Shown one piece after another: positions 43,525-52,955 of a DNA stretch of 64,000 bases. The position numbers and the translations under genes were made by a program. Where the stretch lies: positions 50,766 through 114,765 of IMG/VR virus record IMGVR_UViG_3300045988_105168; one strand, written 5' to 3'. The notes under the pieces were generated by a model that was not told where the DNA came from, ran no database searches, and worked only from the letters and a program-made list of their open reading frames with translations. The number at the start of each line of letters is the position of its first letter. Within the stretch, counting starts at the first letter, position 1. This DNA is from a virus.

Positions 43525-44424
43525 ATGAATAAAGAAATATGCTTTAATTGTGGAAAAACAAAAGAGGACTATGAAAGTGCATATTGTGATAAATGTTGGG
43601 AAGAGGAACAAAAAAGACTTAATACTAGGAAATTAACAATTAAAAATAAAGATAATAACAAATCAATAGAATTAGATTTTGATAGTTTAGATTTTGGTTT
43701 TGGAATTGGAGATTATTTTTATAATGGAAATTGTACGGGTAGCCAAATAGGTTTTTGTTGGAACGAAGAACTAGGGCAAGAATATGTAGACCATATTTTT
43801 ATGACCTTATATGTAGGCAATGAAGAAGAAAGCGACTTATACAATTTAAATACTACATTAAAGAATTTAGATTTAAGTAAGCCATTAGAAATAGTTTTAT
43901 CAAATATGGACTATGCAATATTTACAATGTGGTATGACGAAACACATTGGGTTGGTTTTCATTATTATACTGACGAAGAAATAGCAGAAAGAGAAAAATT
44001 AAAAGATAGTGTAATTATTACATTAGACAAATCATTACTAAATAATCAAGATATGGACTTCTTTCATTATGGTTATAGTTATGAACTAGGTGTATGCAAA
44101 TATGGTAGCATTTGGTGTTGTAGCCGTGGAGAGTTAAAATGTGAGTATACTGACGGAGATATAAATACACGAAACTATGACGATATAATTAGATACTATG
44201 TTAGAAATAACGACGAATACTATAAAGCAGTTGAAAGTGGTAAATTATACTTTATGCTAGGTAATTGGTTTGAAATTGAATTTATTGATAATGAGGGTAA
44301 TTATGTAGATAATATTTATGACGATACATTTGGAAGTATTGGAGAGTGCATTGATACATTACTACACGACCTACATAATGACGAAAAATTTATTGAAAAG
44401 TTTTTAGAAAATTCTACCATATAA
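43525..44424 (+). CDS. hypothetical protein with N-terminal zinc finger
   Basis: AGGAGGTG SD; CFNCGK...CDKC. Confidence 0.7.
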   Translation: MNKEICFNCGKTKEDYESAYCDKCWEEEQKRLNTRKLTIKNKDNNKSIELDFDSLDFGFGIGDYFYNGNCTGSQIGFCWNEELGQEYVDHIFMTLYVGNEEESDLYNLNTTLKNLDLSKPLEIVLSNMDYAIFTMWYDETHWVGFHYYTDEEIAEREKLKDSVIITLDKSLLNNQDMDFFHYGYSYELGVCKYGSIWCCSRGELKCEYTDGDINTRNYDDIIRYYVRNNDEYYKAVESGKLYFMLGNWFEIEFIDNEGNYVDNIYDDTFGSIGECIDTLLHDLHNDEKFIEKFLENSTI

Positions 44425-44441
44425 AAATCTTATGGTATAAT
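44409..44441 (+). promoter_or_regulatory. phage promoter module P8 (TTCTAC + 18 + TGgTATAAT; box overlaps the upstream stop codon)
   Basis: TTCTAC at 44412-44417 (box variant TTCTACCATAT); -10 at 44436-44441. Confidence 0.65.
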
Positions 44442-44488
44442 ATAATTGTAAAACAAAGAAACATTAATAAAATTAAGGAGGAAAAGAA

Positions 44489-44980
44489 ATGTTTAAAGTT
44501 TATTACAAAGGCAATGTAGTTGCAGAATATGAAACAAAAGAAAGTTGTGGTACTTATATTCAAGAAGAGTTAAGATACAACAAAGAAATGAGAAGAGAAG
44601 ATTTTGAGGTGTATGAGTTAGTAGAAAATACTTATGGAGATAATATTAACGATTACTACGAAGAAGAAGTTGAAGAGTTGTTTGACGAAGAATATGAAGA
44701 TAACGACGATAATGAAGAAGATTATGAGCCATTGGCAACATTAGTTGGTGTTGGTGTTAAAGATACCGAAAATGGTTTAAAGATTATGTTAGTAGGTACT
44801 GACGATAATGTATTAGGAGAATATGAATTAGTAATGAATATTAGTGGTTATAAAGAAATACAATTATTCAATATTTGTTATGAAATTTCTAAAAATGTTA
44901 AAGATTTATATTATAATGTTAGAAGAATACCTACACAAGAAGAAGTGTTAAATGTAGTTAGAGAAGTAATGGTAAAATAG
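44489..44980 (+). CDS. hypothetical highly acidic protein
   Basis: AAGGAGGA SD; D/E/Y-rich central segment. Confidence 0.7.
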   Translation: MFKVYYKGNVVAEYETKESCGTYIQEELRYNKEMRREDFEVYELVENTYGDNINDYYEEEVEELFDEEYEDNDDNEEDYEPLATLVGVGVKDTENGLKIMLVGTDDNVLGEYELVMNISGYKEIQLFNICYEISKNVKDLYYNVRRIPTQEEVLNVVREVMVK

Positions 44981-45016
44981 CCATTACTCTCTATTACAAT
45001 AATAAGGAGGAAAATT

Positions 45017-45622
45017 ATGTATCAAGAACTTATAGATAAATGCAGACAAGCATATAAGAATAACAATATAGTTAGTGCATATCATTATTGGGAGCAAATT
45101 CACGAGTTGTTATCTAATAAACTAGAAGAGTGTAAAGAGGACGGAGAACAAAGGTGGAAGATATATGCAGAATATCACGATAGTATAATGCAAATTCCTA
45201 ATCAAGAAGTATATGATATTACTGATTATGGAAAAAGAATAGCATACGAACAAATGTTTAGAGAAAAATTTGAAAATATTAGTTTAAGCAAATTAAGTGG
45301 TGGCGAAGATTTAGAAGTATTAGAAGAGTTTTGTAATTTTTATGAGTGGCAACCCGTCAATACGGGAAGTGGGTTTAATATATTAGACCTACAATTAAAT
45401 CAACTTGTAGAGGACGAAGATTATCAAACATTTAGTGAACTTGTAAATAGAATAGTAGGGAGAGCCATAGATTATTTTAGGGACGAGCAAGAGTGGGAAA
45501 ATGACGACGACGCAATTAATTATGGTTTAGAATTATATAATATAGCAGTTAGATATAAAGACGGCACAAAATGGGAAGAAAGTTGGTTAGAAACTTTCAA
45601 AAAAGAATTAGAAAATTTTTAA
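45017..45622 (+). CDS. hypothetical protein
   Basis: AAGGAGGA SD. Confidence 0.7.
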   Translation: MYQELIDKCRQAYKNNNIVSAYHYWEQIHELLSNKLEECKEDGEQRWKIYAEYHDSIMQIPNQEVYDITDYGKRIAYEQMFREKFENISLSKLSGGEDLEVLEEFCNFYEWQPVNTGSGFNILDLQLNQLVEDEDYQTFSELVNRIVGRAIDYFRDEQEWENDDDAINYGLELYNIAVRYKDGTKWEESWLETFKKELENF

Positions 45623-45623
45623 A

Positions 45624-45656
45624 TTTTTCTACTATATGAGATTTGTGTGATATAAT
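45624..45656 (+). promoter_or_regulatory. phage promoter module P9 (TTCTAC + 18 + TGaTATAAT)
   Basis: TTCTAC at 45627-45632; -10 at 45651-45656. ATAAGTGTAAAAAG follows the -10. Confidence 0.7.
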
Positions 45657-45681
45657 ATAAGTGTAAAAAGGAGGAAGAACT

Positions 45682-45909
45682 ATGAATTGGTTATACGATT
45701 TAACACAAGACGAATTAGTAGATTATGTTTTAGTATTATTGGACGAAATTGATAGTTTGGAATTAAAATTAAAACAAGAGCAACAAAGATTAACCGATAA
45801 AATTAACAAAGATTTTGAGGACAACAAGAAAATGGTGGCAAATATATTTAAGGAGGTAGTTAAAAATGACACCGAGAGAAAAATTACAAGTAATAGAAGA
45901 GAAGATTAA
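45682..45909 (+). CDS. hypothetical coiled-coil protein
   Basis: AAGGAGGA SD. Confidence 0.65.
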   Translation: MNWLYDLTQDELVDYVLVLLDEIDSLELKLKQEQQRLTDKINKDFEDNKKMVANIFKEVVKNDTERKITSNRRED

Positions 45910-46135
45910 ATTACTTAATGAAAGTGTATTAAAGTATAAGAATTGGAAACTTGCATATATTAATAGAGGGGCAAATAATTATTGTTTAACTATTGTATTA
46001 AAGAAAAAGGAATTATTTAGTGGAAAATTCAATACATACGATAGTGTATTAAGTGCATTAGAATTATTAGAATTTATGTTTAGCAGAGCATTAGACGAAT
46101 TAGATAAGTCAAGTGTTAAGAGCAAGAAAGATTAG
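45866..46135 (+). CDS. hypothetical protein
   Basis: AAGGAGGT SD; overlaps the upstream ORF by 44 nt. Confidence 0.65.
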   Translation: MTPREKLQVIEEKIKLLNESVLKYKNWKLAYINRGANNYCLTIVLKKKELFSGKFNTYDSVLSALELLEFMFSRALDELDKSSVKSKKD

Positions 46136-46146
46136 GAGGGAATATT

Positions 46147-46521
46147 ATGAAATATAAATACGAAGATATTAACAACCTAGAAGAGTTAAAAGATATTTTA
46201 TTAAAAGAGATTAACGAAAAAGCAGATAATAAGAAGTTTATAAAAATGGCATTAAGTTATCTACAAGAGGTATTAGAAGAATTAAGCGACCCTAACGAAC
46301 ATATTGCAAAATGTAATGAAATAATAGCAGAAGTAGTTGAATTTCTTAATGCTAGTCAATGTGATATGATTTGTCCTATGTGTCAAGAAAGTTGTATGAT
46401 ACACGAAGAATATAACGGAACACACATTTATATTTGTGAACCTTGTCCGTTTGTTGGTTTTGAACTTGTTGAAACAAAAGACCGAGAAAATATGATTAAA
46501 TGGTTGGAGGAAAGAAAATAA
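46147..46521 (+). CDS. hypothetical zinc-binding protein
   Basis: AGGAGGGA SD; CPMCQESC...CEPCPF. Confidence 0.7.
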   Translation: MKYKYEDINNLEELKDILLKEINEKADNKKFIKMALSYLQEVLEELSDPNEHIAKCNEIIAEVVEFLNASQCDMICPMCQESCMIHEEYNGTHIYICEPCPFVGFELVETKDRENMIKWLEERK

Positions 46522-46751
46522 TGAAAGTTAAAAGTAATAATATAGGTAAGTGTCCGTTTTGTAATAACGAGGGGACATTAGATTATGGAGCAGTACAATT
46601 TGAGGGAGAAATGTGCTACTTCCCGTGGCAATGTTTAGAGTGCAAACACGAGGGAGAAGAGTGGTACTCTATGGAATTTATAGGACATAATGTTATAGGC
46701 GAAAACGGAGATAATATTGAAATAGAAGATAAAATGATAGAGGAGGAATAG
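46521..46751 (+). CDS. zinc-ribbon miniprotein
   Basis: Start moved to ATG 46521 (GGAGGA SD; TAATG overlap). CPFCNN...CLECKH. Confidence 0.7.
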   Translation: MKVKSNNIGKCPFCNNEGTLDYGAVQFEGEMCYFPWQCLECKHEGEEWYSMEFIGHNVIGENGDNIEIEDKMIEEE

Positions 46752-46754
46752 TTT

Positions 46755-47063
46755 ATGTATATATTATATGAAAGTTATACTGACGAGTGTATGAATAGCA
46801 AAGATTTAACAATGAATACTAAAATCATTGCTTTATATAACACGGAAGAACAAGCAGTTGAGGGGTATAATAATCATTTAGACAAAACTATAACACAAAG
46901 TGATAAAGAGTACGACTGGTTTACACAAGAAATTAGTGTAGACTTGTTAGAAAATGCAAACATAATTAATGCTTGTAGAGTTTATAATGGTGGCATTGAG
47001 GTTTGCGAAGATTGTTATTTAATAGCATTAGAAAAAATGGAGGTGTTTGATAATGCAGAATAA
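46755..47063 (+). CDS. hypothetical protein
   Basis: GAGGAGGA SD. Confidence 0.7.
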   Translation: MYILYESYTDECMNSKDLTMNTKIIALYNTEEQAVEGYNNHLDKTITQSDKEYDWFTQEISVDLLENANIINACRVYNGGIEVCEDCYLIALEKMEVFDNAE

Positions 47064-47232
47064 TATTATAATACAAAATGTTTTAAATGATATTTGCAAG
47101 ATTATTGCAGATATTAATAAATTACAAGAAGATAATTTTATTGAAGATTTAGATTATATTAAATTATATTTAGAGGACGCAGTAAATTATAAAGAAATTC
47201 AAGCAGAAAAAGAGGTGGTAAATAATGACTGA
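47053..47232 (+). CDS. hypothetical small protein
   Basis: Start moved to ATG 47053 (GGAGGTG SD). Confidence 0.65.
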   Translation: MQNNIIIQNVLNDICKIIADINKLQEDNFIEDLDYIKLYLEDAVNYKEIQAEKEVVNND

Positions 47233-47596
47233 TAAGGAAATATTAGCAGAATTAAAAAGAAGTTGGGAATATTTATATGATATTAGAGAAAATGGTTGTA
47301 TAGACCATTGTACGGGGCAAATGAAAAAGAACTTAATTGATAAGTTAGAAATTGCTAAATATAATATTGAAGATATTTATTATGAGTTTTACAAAACACT
47401 AAATAAAGAAGATTTAAGAGTTAAATCATTAGAGCATAAAGTTGACGGAGATAAAGTATATATTTGTCGTTGTGTTGACGGAGATTACGAAGTAGGAGAA
47501 GAATTACATTGTATGACTTGTTGCGACCTAGAATATTATTGGTATGAAGATAGCGATTTTTTAGACGAATATGAGGAGGACGACGACAATGAATAA
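47225..47596 (+). CDS. hypothetical Cys-rich acidic protein
   Basis: AGAGGTGG SD. Confidence 0.7.
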   Translation: MTDKEILAELKRSWEYLYDIRENGCIDHCTGQMKKNLIDKLEIAKYNIEDIYYEFYKTLNKEDLRVKSLEHKVDGDKVYICRCVDGDYEVGEELHCMTCCDLEYYWYEDSDFLDEYEEDDDNE

Positions 47597-47867
47597 TATG
47601 ACCGAAGAATATAAGAAAGCAGTCAATGATTATGTTAGGAAAGATTTTAACTCTATGAGTTTTGATAATTGTGCATTTTGTTATGATTTAAAGGAAATTT
47701 GTGGAGAAAAAGAGCAGTTAGAAACGGCAATGACTTGTTTACAAGGACTTATAGGTTGGTGTGAAGTATGTTTTAATAATGAAATTGAAGTAGAAGACTA
47801 TAAATCATTAAAACAAGCATACAATTTATTAGAAAAAGTACACGAAAGTTATGAAAAAAATTACTAA
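47589..47867 (+). CDS. hypothetical Cys-rich protein
   Basis: Start moved to ATG 47589 (GAGGAGGA SD). Confidence 0.65.
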   Translation: MNNMTEEYKKAVNDYVRKDFNSMSFDNCAFCYDLKEICGEKEQLETAMTCLQGLIGWCEVCFNNEIEVEDYKSLKQAYNLLEKVHESYEKNY

Positions 47868-47900
47868 AATTTCTACTATATAGGAATTATGTGATATAAT
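47868..47900 (+). promoter_or_regulatory. phage promoter module P10 (TTCTAC + 18 + TGaTATAAT)
   Basis: TTCTAC at 47871-47876; -10 at 47895-47900. ATAAGTGTAAGGAG follows the -10. Confidence 0.7.
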
Positions 47901-47928
47901 ATAAGTGTAAGGAGAAAGGAAGATTAAA

Positions 47929-48387
47929 ATGGAAGAAACAAGAAAATATTTTGATTACGAATTAGCATACGAGGGTTATAAAAAAGTAAAAGAATTACTT
48001 GAAAATGGTGGAATACAAGCAGTAGTTGATAACGACGAGTTTGATATAAGTGGTGGAGGTGTAGACTACATTGGAAGTATAAAACAATGGGCTTGTAATG
48101 GTTATATACCTATTGTCGCTAGTGGTTATAATGCTACTATATATATTAACGATAGAAATTTTGATACTGATAACGAAGAAAATGAGTGGTATGTAAGTGG
48201 AGAAGTTGATATTTATAGTTATGACGGGGGCGACGATACTATTTATATTAATGATAATCTTTCTATTACTGATAGGGTAATGGGTTTAGTAGATTTTGCT
48301 AGAGCAAATGATTATGCTTTAAGTGATTTATATGCAGAGTATGATAGTTTAATAAGTGTACTAAAAAGAATAGCAGAGGAGGAATAG
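47929..48387 (+). CDS. hypothetical acidic protein
   Basis: AAGGAGAAAGGA SD region. Confidence 0.7.
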   Translation: MEETRKYFDYELAYEGYKKVKELLENGGIQAVVDNDEFDISGGGVDYIGSIKQWACNGYIPIVASGYNATIYINDRNFDTDNEENEWYVSGEVDIYSYDGGDDTIYINDNLSITDRVMGLVDFARANDYALSDLYAEYDSLISVLKRIAEEE

Positions 48388-48388
48388 T

Positions 48389-48745
48389 ATGAAGAATAAA
48401 ATATTTGAAAAAATGCAAGAGTATGGTTGGAATTTAGGAGATAACACATATAAAGATTTTGCAGATGTATATGATATTCATTATGGGTTTATTGATAGTT
48501 TGTACGATTATTTTAGAGAGCAAGAAGAAATTGGCAAAAGTATTGATTTAAATGATATTAGTGAAGAGGGTTTGTTTGAAACAATAGTATTTATGAGCGA
48601 CTTTTTAAGAGCATTAAATGATATTGATACCCCAAAAACAAAGGAAGATAAAATTAGAGAATATATAATGAGAAGAAATATTCAATTTGATTTAGTAGGG
48701 GAAGACCTATTAGCAATATTAGACGATAAATACGAGGAGGAATAG
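48389..48745 (+). CDS. hypothetical acidic protein
   Basis: GAGGAGGA SD. Confidence 0.7.
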   Translation: MKNKIFEKMQEYGWNLGDNTYKDFADVYDIHYGFIDSLYDYFREQEEIGKSIDLNDISEEGLFETIVFMSDFLRALNDIDTPKTKEDKIREYIMRRNIQFDLVGEDLLAILDDKYEEE

Positions 48746-48747
48746 TT

Positions 48748-49245
48748 ATGAATTTTACAAAGGAAATAACTGATAAGATTTGTTATTTATATAACGAAGT
48801 AGGAGATATATGTATGCTACAATATATTAACAAGTTAGATTTAAAAGACGGCAAAGCAAAAAATATGCTTAACAATATGATAGAACTTAATGATAAAATG
48901 TTAGATACTGATATTTACTACAAAAGCAGAAAAGAGTTCTTAACTTATTTAGGTTTTAGTTGGAACGACGATAATGGTTTACTAGAATATACGGCAGATA
49001 AATTAGCAGAAGATAGTTATTATTATGTTGTGTTTGCATTAGGTAGAGATTTAATTAAAGGTATATTACCATATTATACTGACGACGCATACGATTTTTG
49101 TAAGAGAGTAGCAAATGATTTTGAAAAAAGTGCTTATAATGTTAACACAAAAGGTTTGTACGAATGTTTAGAAGAATATATAAAAGATAATTTCTATTTA
49201 AAAGACGGAGAAATTACTTGGAAAGGGAGAAAAATAAATGATTAA
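48748..49245 (+). CDS. hypothetical protein
   Basis: GAGGAGGA SD. Confidence 0.7.
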   Translation: MNFTKEITDKICYLYNEVGDICMLQYINKLDLKDGKAKNMLNNMIELNDKMLDTDIYYKSRKEFLTYLGFSWNDDNGLLEYTADKLAEDSYYYVVFALGRDLIKGILPYYTDDAYDFCKRVANDFEKSAYNVNTKGLYECLEEYIKDNFYLKDGEITWKGRKIND

Positions 49246-49747
49246 TATACATAAAGGTTTAGAAGATTTTAACGAATTAAGAACAATAATTAAAGGTGTA
49301 AAAGATATAAATTCATTAGTGGAATTAATCTACGATAACCCTAAATACAATATAACAAACGATTTAAGAGCAGATAGAGGTGTTATAGATTTAAATTTTA
49401 AAAGCATTTGTGCTACAATACAACAAAGAGATAACGATTTAGAAGTATTAGACGAGGTAGAAGTTTGGGACGATAACGGAGGTTTAGATTTTGTATTAGT
49501 GAATATGTATAGTTATAGAAGATATGACACAAGCATTAGAGAAGACGGCAGAATACAAATTAGTTCTTCGCACCCATACGACGAACAAGAATACCATTAT
49601 GCAATAGGAAATAAAATTTATAGAAATGGCAAGTATGTAGAAACAATAAAAGAAAGCGAAGAGCATTTTATTGACGGACTTGACGAAATAATTTTAAGAT
49701 TAATAGAATTAGATAGACCATTAAAATCAATAATGTGTCATAATTAA
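49238..49747 (+). CDS. hypothetical protein
   Basis: AAGGGAGA SD. Confidence 0.7.
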   Translation: MINIHKGLEDFNELRTIIKGVKDINSLVELIYDNPKYNITNDLRADRGVIDLNFKSICATIQQRDNDLEVLDEVEVWDDNGGLDFVLVNMYSYRRYDTSIREDGRIQISSSHPYDEQEYHYAIGNKIYRNGKYVETIKESEEHFIDGLDEIILRLIELDRPLKSIMCHN

Positions 49748-49756
49748 GGAGGAAAT

Positions 49757-50008
49757 ATGAATATAGAAGATTATAGAGCAATTAGAATAAAAGATTGTGA
49801 AGATAACAATGTAGATTATGGTATAATTATGTTGAATAACAAACATAGTGTTAAAGATTTTCAACAAGCAATTAATAAAGTTAAAAATAGATATTACGAC
49901 GAGGGAAATTTAGAGTGGCAAATTAACGATATACTAATGGAAAAAGAATTAGAAGAGTTAGAGTGGTTTGAAATTCCTAGTGATATTTATGATTATGTGG
50001 AGGTGTAA
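49757..50008 (+). CDS. hypothetical acidic protein
   Basis: AAGGAGGA SD. Confidence 0.7.
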   Translation: MNIEDYRAIRIKDCEDNNVDYGIIMLNNKHSVKDFQQAINKVKNRYYDEGNLEWQINDILMEKELEELEWFEIPSDIYDYVEV

Positions 50009-50013
50009 AGAGT

Positions 50014-50505
50014 ATGAAAGAAGAAAGAAAAACAATTCAAATTGAGGACGCAGTATATTTAACTGACCCGTGTTATGATATAACAACTTGGTGTCAAGAC
50101 TTATTACACAATGTTAAAAGTGGTACTTGGGTTATTGATTATGAATATAATGAATACGAAGACGGAACTGAACAAGAAGTGATTTTAAGTTTAGCACACG
50201 AAGATTATGGTATGACTATATTTGAAGATTATATAGAAAAATTTGATAGTGCAGATTTAGGTGTTGATAGTGGCACTATTGGTATATTTGATAAAAAATA
50301 TTATGAAGAATACCATTATGCTAATAATATAAACGACGAGTGGTATGAAAAGAACATTTGTGATTTTACACATACTTTACGAAGAGGGGTAAATATAACT
50401 GACGGCAAAGGTGTATGGGTAAATACAAGTCGTGGCGACGGAGAATATTATGCTACCTTATATGTTAGGGACGAAAAGATTTGTGGAATAGAAATTATTT
50501 GTTAG
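50014..50505 (+). CDS. hypothetical protein, possibly DUF4241-like
   Basis: GGAGGTG SD. GVDSGTIGIFD and SRGDGEYY resemble DUF4241 motifs, recalled from memory. Confidence 0.5.
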   Translation: MKEERKTIQIEDAVYLTDPCYDITTWCQDLLHNVKSGTWVIDYEYNEYEDGTEQEVILSLAHEDYGMTIFEDYIEKFDSADLGVDSGTIGIFDKKYYEEYHYANNINDEWYEKNICDFTHTLRRGVNITDGKGVWVNTSRGDGEYYATLYVRDEKICGIEIIC

Positions 50506-50515
50506 GAGGTACTTT

Positions 50516-50980
50516 ATGAAAGAAAAAGTAATAAAACAATTATATGATTTTTGGTCAAAAACTGACGACGATAACACAAAATTGTTAGAAGAAATTACTA
50601 ACAATGTAAATAACGGACTAGACGGAGCAGAAGTGTTATTAGATTGGTGTAGAAGTGATTATGACGGAATTAGAAGTCAATATCAAATATTGCACAATTT
50701 AAGTGAAGACGAAATGGAAAGAGTTATGGAGGAACATTTTGGTTGTTATGAATTTATGTATGAGGAAATACCTTATGCAGAAGAATTAGACGAAATTTGG
50801 GACATTTGTAATGAATATTTAGATTATTGTTATGAAGAATTAGAGAAGTTAATTGAAACCAAAGAAAAAGAACTAAAATATTTAAATGATAAAATTAAAG
50901 TGTGTGCTTATGGTAAGCAAGAACTTTATGAAATTACGGCACTAGAAAATGAAATAGAAGATTTGAAAAGTAAATTATAG
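50516..50980 (+). CDS. hypothetical acidic protein
   Basis: AGGAGGT SD. Confidence 0.7.
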   Translation: MKEKVIKQLYDFWSKTDDDNTKLLEEITNNVNNGLDGAEVLLDWCRSDYDGIRSQYQILHNLSEDEMERVMEEHFGCYEFMYEEIPYAEELDEIWDICNEYLDYCYEELEKLIETKEKELKYLNDKIKVCAYGKQELYEITALENEIEDLKSKL

Positions 50981-50989
50981 GAGGTACTT

Positions 50990-51259
50990 ATGAAAAATTA
51001 TACTATTATATGTGTTGATTTAGATATAAAAGAGGACGCACCCGTTATTGTGCAAAATTATGGTTTAATGACAAAAGAACAAGCACAAGCAAAACTTATG
51101 GAAATCTATGAAAGCGAAAAAGACTATGTTAAAAATCTTGGTATGCAAGATACAATAGTTGAGTGGACGGGTGTATATGTTGGTGTTCTTTTTGATAATA
51201 ATTATGAAAGCGAATTAAATAGAAGAGAATATTATTTGCAAGAATTGGAGGTAAAATAA
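50990..51259 (+). CDS. hypothetical protein
   Basis: AGGAGGT SD. Confidence 0.7.
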   Translation: MKNYTIICVDLDIKEDAPVIVQNYGLMTKEQAQAKLMEIYESEKDYVKNLGMQDTIVEWTGVYVGVLFDNNYESELNRREYYLQELEVK

Positions 51260-51260
51260 T

Positions 51261-51434
51261 ATGGAATACGAAAAAGAATTAATAGATATTTTAAATATAT
51301 ATAGCGAATTTACTTGGAAGAAAGAACCATTAGACGGCGACGAAGTTGATAGATTAGTAGAGCATTTAAGAAATCAATTAAATTTAATTAATGGAAATAT
51401 TACACAAGAAGAATATGATAAATTGGAGGGATAA
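51261..51434 (+). CDS. hypothetical 57-aa protein (below the track cutoff)
   Basis: GGAGGT SD. Own translation: MEYEKELIDILNIYSEFTWKKEPLDGDEVDRLVEHLRNQLNLINGNITQEEYDKLEG. Confidence 0.6.
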   Translation: MEYEKELIDILNIYSEFTWKKEPLDGDEVDRLVEHLRNQLNLINGNITQEEYDKLEG

Positions 51435-51436
51435 AT

Positions 51437-52039
51437 ATGGAATTAAATGTATGTATTTGGGACTTGGCTAGAAAAGAAAACGACGATAATATTATGATAG
51501 TTGATATTGAAATTAGCGATAGTGATACAATTATGGAAACTATGTTAGTAGAATTAGATATGAACTATATGGGAATTAATTGGGACGGAGAATTTGAATA
51601 TGAGTTAGCAAGAGATTTTCAAAAAGCAGTTAACGAATATTATGAAGAGCATAACAAATTGCCTAATTCACAACAATTACAAAGATTAGTGCAACAAAAT
51701 TATTATGGTATGTTAGATAACACGGAAGACGAAGAGTGTGGGGAAATTGAAACTGACGAAATCGTTTACAATGAACTACCTATCAAAAATCTAGCACAAT
51801 TAAGTTATTCTATATATCAAGACGATAGTTTAATTGAGAGTGAAGATAAGGCAAATGAGTGTTTAGAATATTTAAAAGAAAATCTACAAAAAGTTTATGA
51901 GTTAATTGATATGTTAGACGACGGAGAATATTTTGAAGACGAAGAAAAAGAAGTGTCTAAAAAGAGAAACGAAGTAGATTTATATCAAATTGGCGACATT
52001 ATTAATTTTATAGAAACTATTAAAATAAAGAAGGTGTAA
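51437..52039 (+). CDS. hypothetical highly acidic protein (200 aa)
   Basis: GGAGGGA SD. Confidence 0.7.
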   Translation: MELNVCIWDLARKENDDNIMIVDIEISDSDTIMETMLVELDMNYMGINWDGEFEYELARDFQKAVNEYYEEHNKLPNSQQLQRLVQQNYYGMLDNTEDEECGEIETDEIVYNELPIKNLAQLSYSIYQDDSLIESEDKANECLEYLKENLQKVYELIDMLDDGEYFEDEEKEVSKKRNEVDLYQIGDIINFIETIKIKKV

Positions 52040-52041
52040 AT

Positions 52042-52314
52042 ATGGCAAAGAACGAGGAAAAATTAACAAAGGTTGAGTTGGCAAAAAAAATGGGCATTTC
52101 AAGACCTACACTAGATAAATATTTACGAGAGGGTTTTCCTCAACAAGGCGATGAACAAGCAATTAAAATGATGAAAAAAATTGATTTGGGACGCAGACAA
52201 ATTGAAATAGAAAATGCAATAAGGTTGCATAACTACGAAATAACACAACTACAAGCAGAGTTGGTGGTTGTTAATGAAATGTTAGCAGAATTTAAGGAGG
52301 GAAATAATGAATAA
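52042..52314 (+). CDS. helix-turn-helix DNA-binding protein
   Basis: LTKVELAKKMGISRPTLDKYLREG is a classic HTH. Confidence 0.55.
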   Translation: MAKNEEKLTKVELAKKMGISRPTLDKYLREGFPQQGDEQAIKMMKKIDLGRRQIEIENAIRLHNYEITQLQAELVVVNEMLAEFKEGNNE

Positions 52315-52630
52315 TGTATATGTGGTGTATGAAAGTTATTCACTAGATTGTAAAAATATAAATGACGAAAAGTATCGTGAAAGAATTTTAAAAGTATTTG
52401 CAGATAAAGATTGTGTAAGAACGGCACAATATATATTAGATAGGGTAAAAGAGCAATGTGATATTGTAATAGACCCTAATGAAAAATGTTTAAAAGAAAC
52501 GGAAAAAAGTAGTGATATTTGGGAGGGCAGACTTTTTGAGGACGACGAAGAAAATATGCTTATAGCCGATATTTACTACGAAAATGAATATCAATACTCT
52601 ATATATAGTAAGTATATGGAGGTGGAATAA
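52307..52630 (+). CDS. hypothetical protein
   Basis: AAGGAGGGA SD. Confidence 0.7.
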   Translation: MNNVYVVYESYSLDCKNINDEKYRERILKVFADKDCVRTAQYILDRVKEQCDIVIDPNEKCLKETEKSSDIWEGRLFEDDEENMLIADIYYENEYQYSIYSKYMEVE

Positions 52631-52710
52631 TGTTAGACCTATTATTAATTTGGGGTTTGAGAGGTATTTTTGGAACTATAACACAAGAAAATAATAAGAA
52701 AAAGAGGTAA
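52630..52710 (+). CDS. possible 26-aa hydrophobic/basic peptide MLDLLLIWGLRGIFGTITQENNKKKR
   Basis: GGAGGTGG SD; exactly fills the gap between neighbouring genes. Confidence 0.35.
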   Translation: MLDLLLIWGLRGIFGTITQENNKKKR

Positions 52711-52715
52711 TGTTT

Positions 52716-52955
52716 ATGAGTAATGCCGAATTTATTAAAGAATATGGCAAATTTGAGTTTAGAGAAATGTGTAAAAATATCTCACAAGATTTAGCCATAG
52801 CAAAAGCAATGAAGAAAATCGGGGGTTATAAAGTAAACAATACTAAAAAGATAGTAAAGTTTTATAGAAAAGATAAAGAGAGTGTAAATGTTGATTTTGC
52901 AATAGTATTTACACTTGGGGTTGATAAATTAAAGAAATACATTGAAAATAAATAA
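52716..52955 (+). CDS. hypothetical basic protein
   Basis: Start moved to ATG 52716 (AAGAGGT SD). Confidence 0.65.
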   Translation: MSNAEFIKEYGKFEFREMCKNISQDLAIAKAMKKIGGYKVNNTKKIVKFYRKDKESVNVDFAIVFTLGVDKLKKYIENK

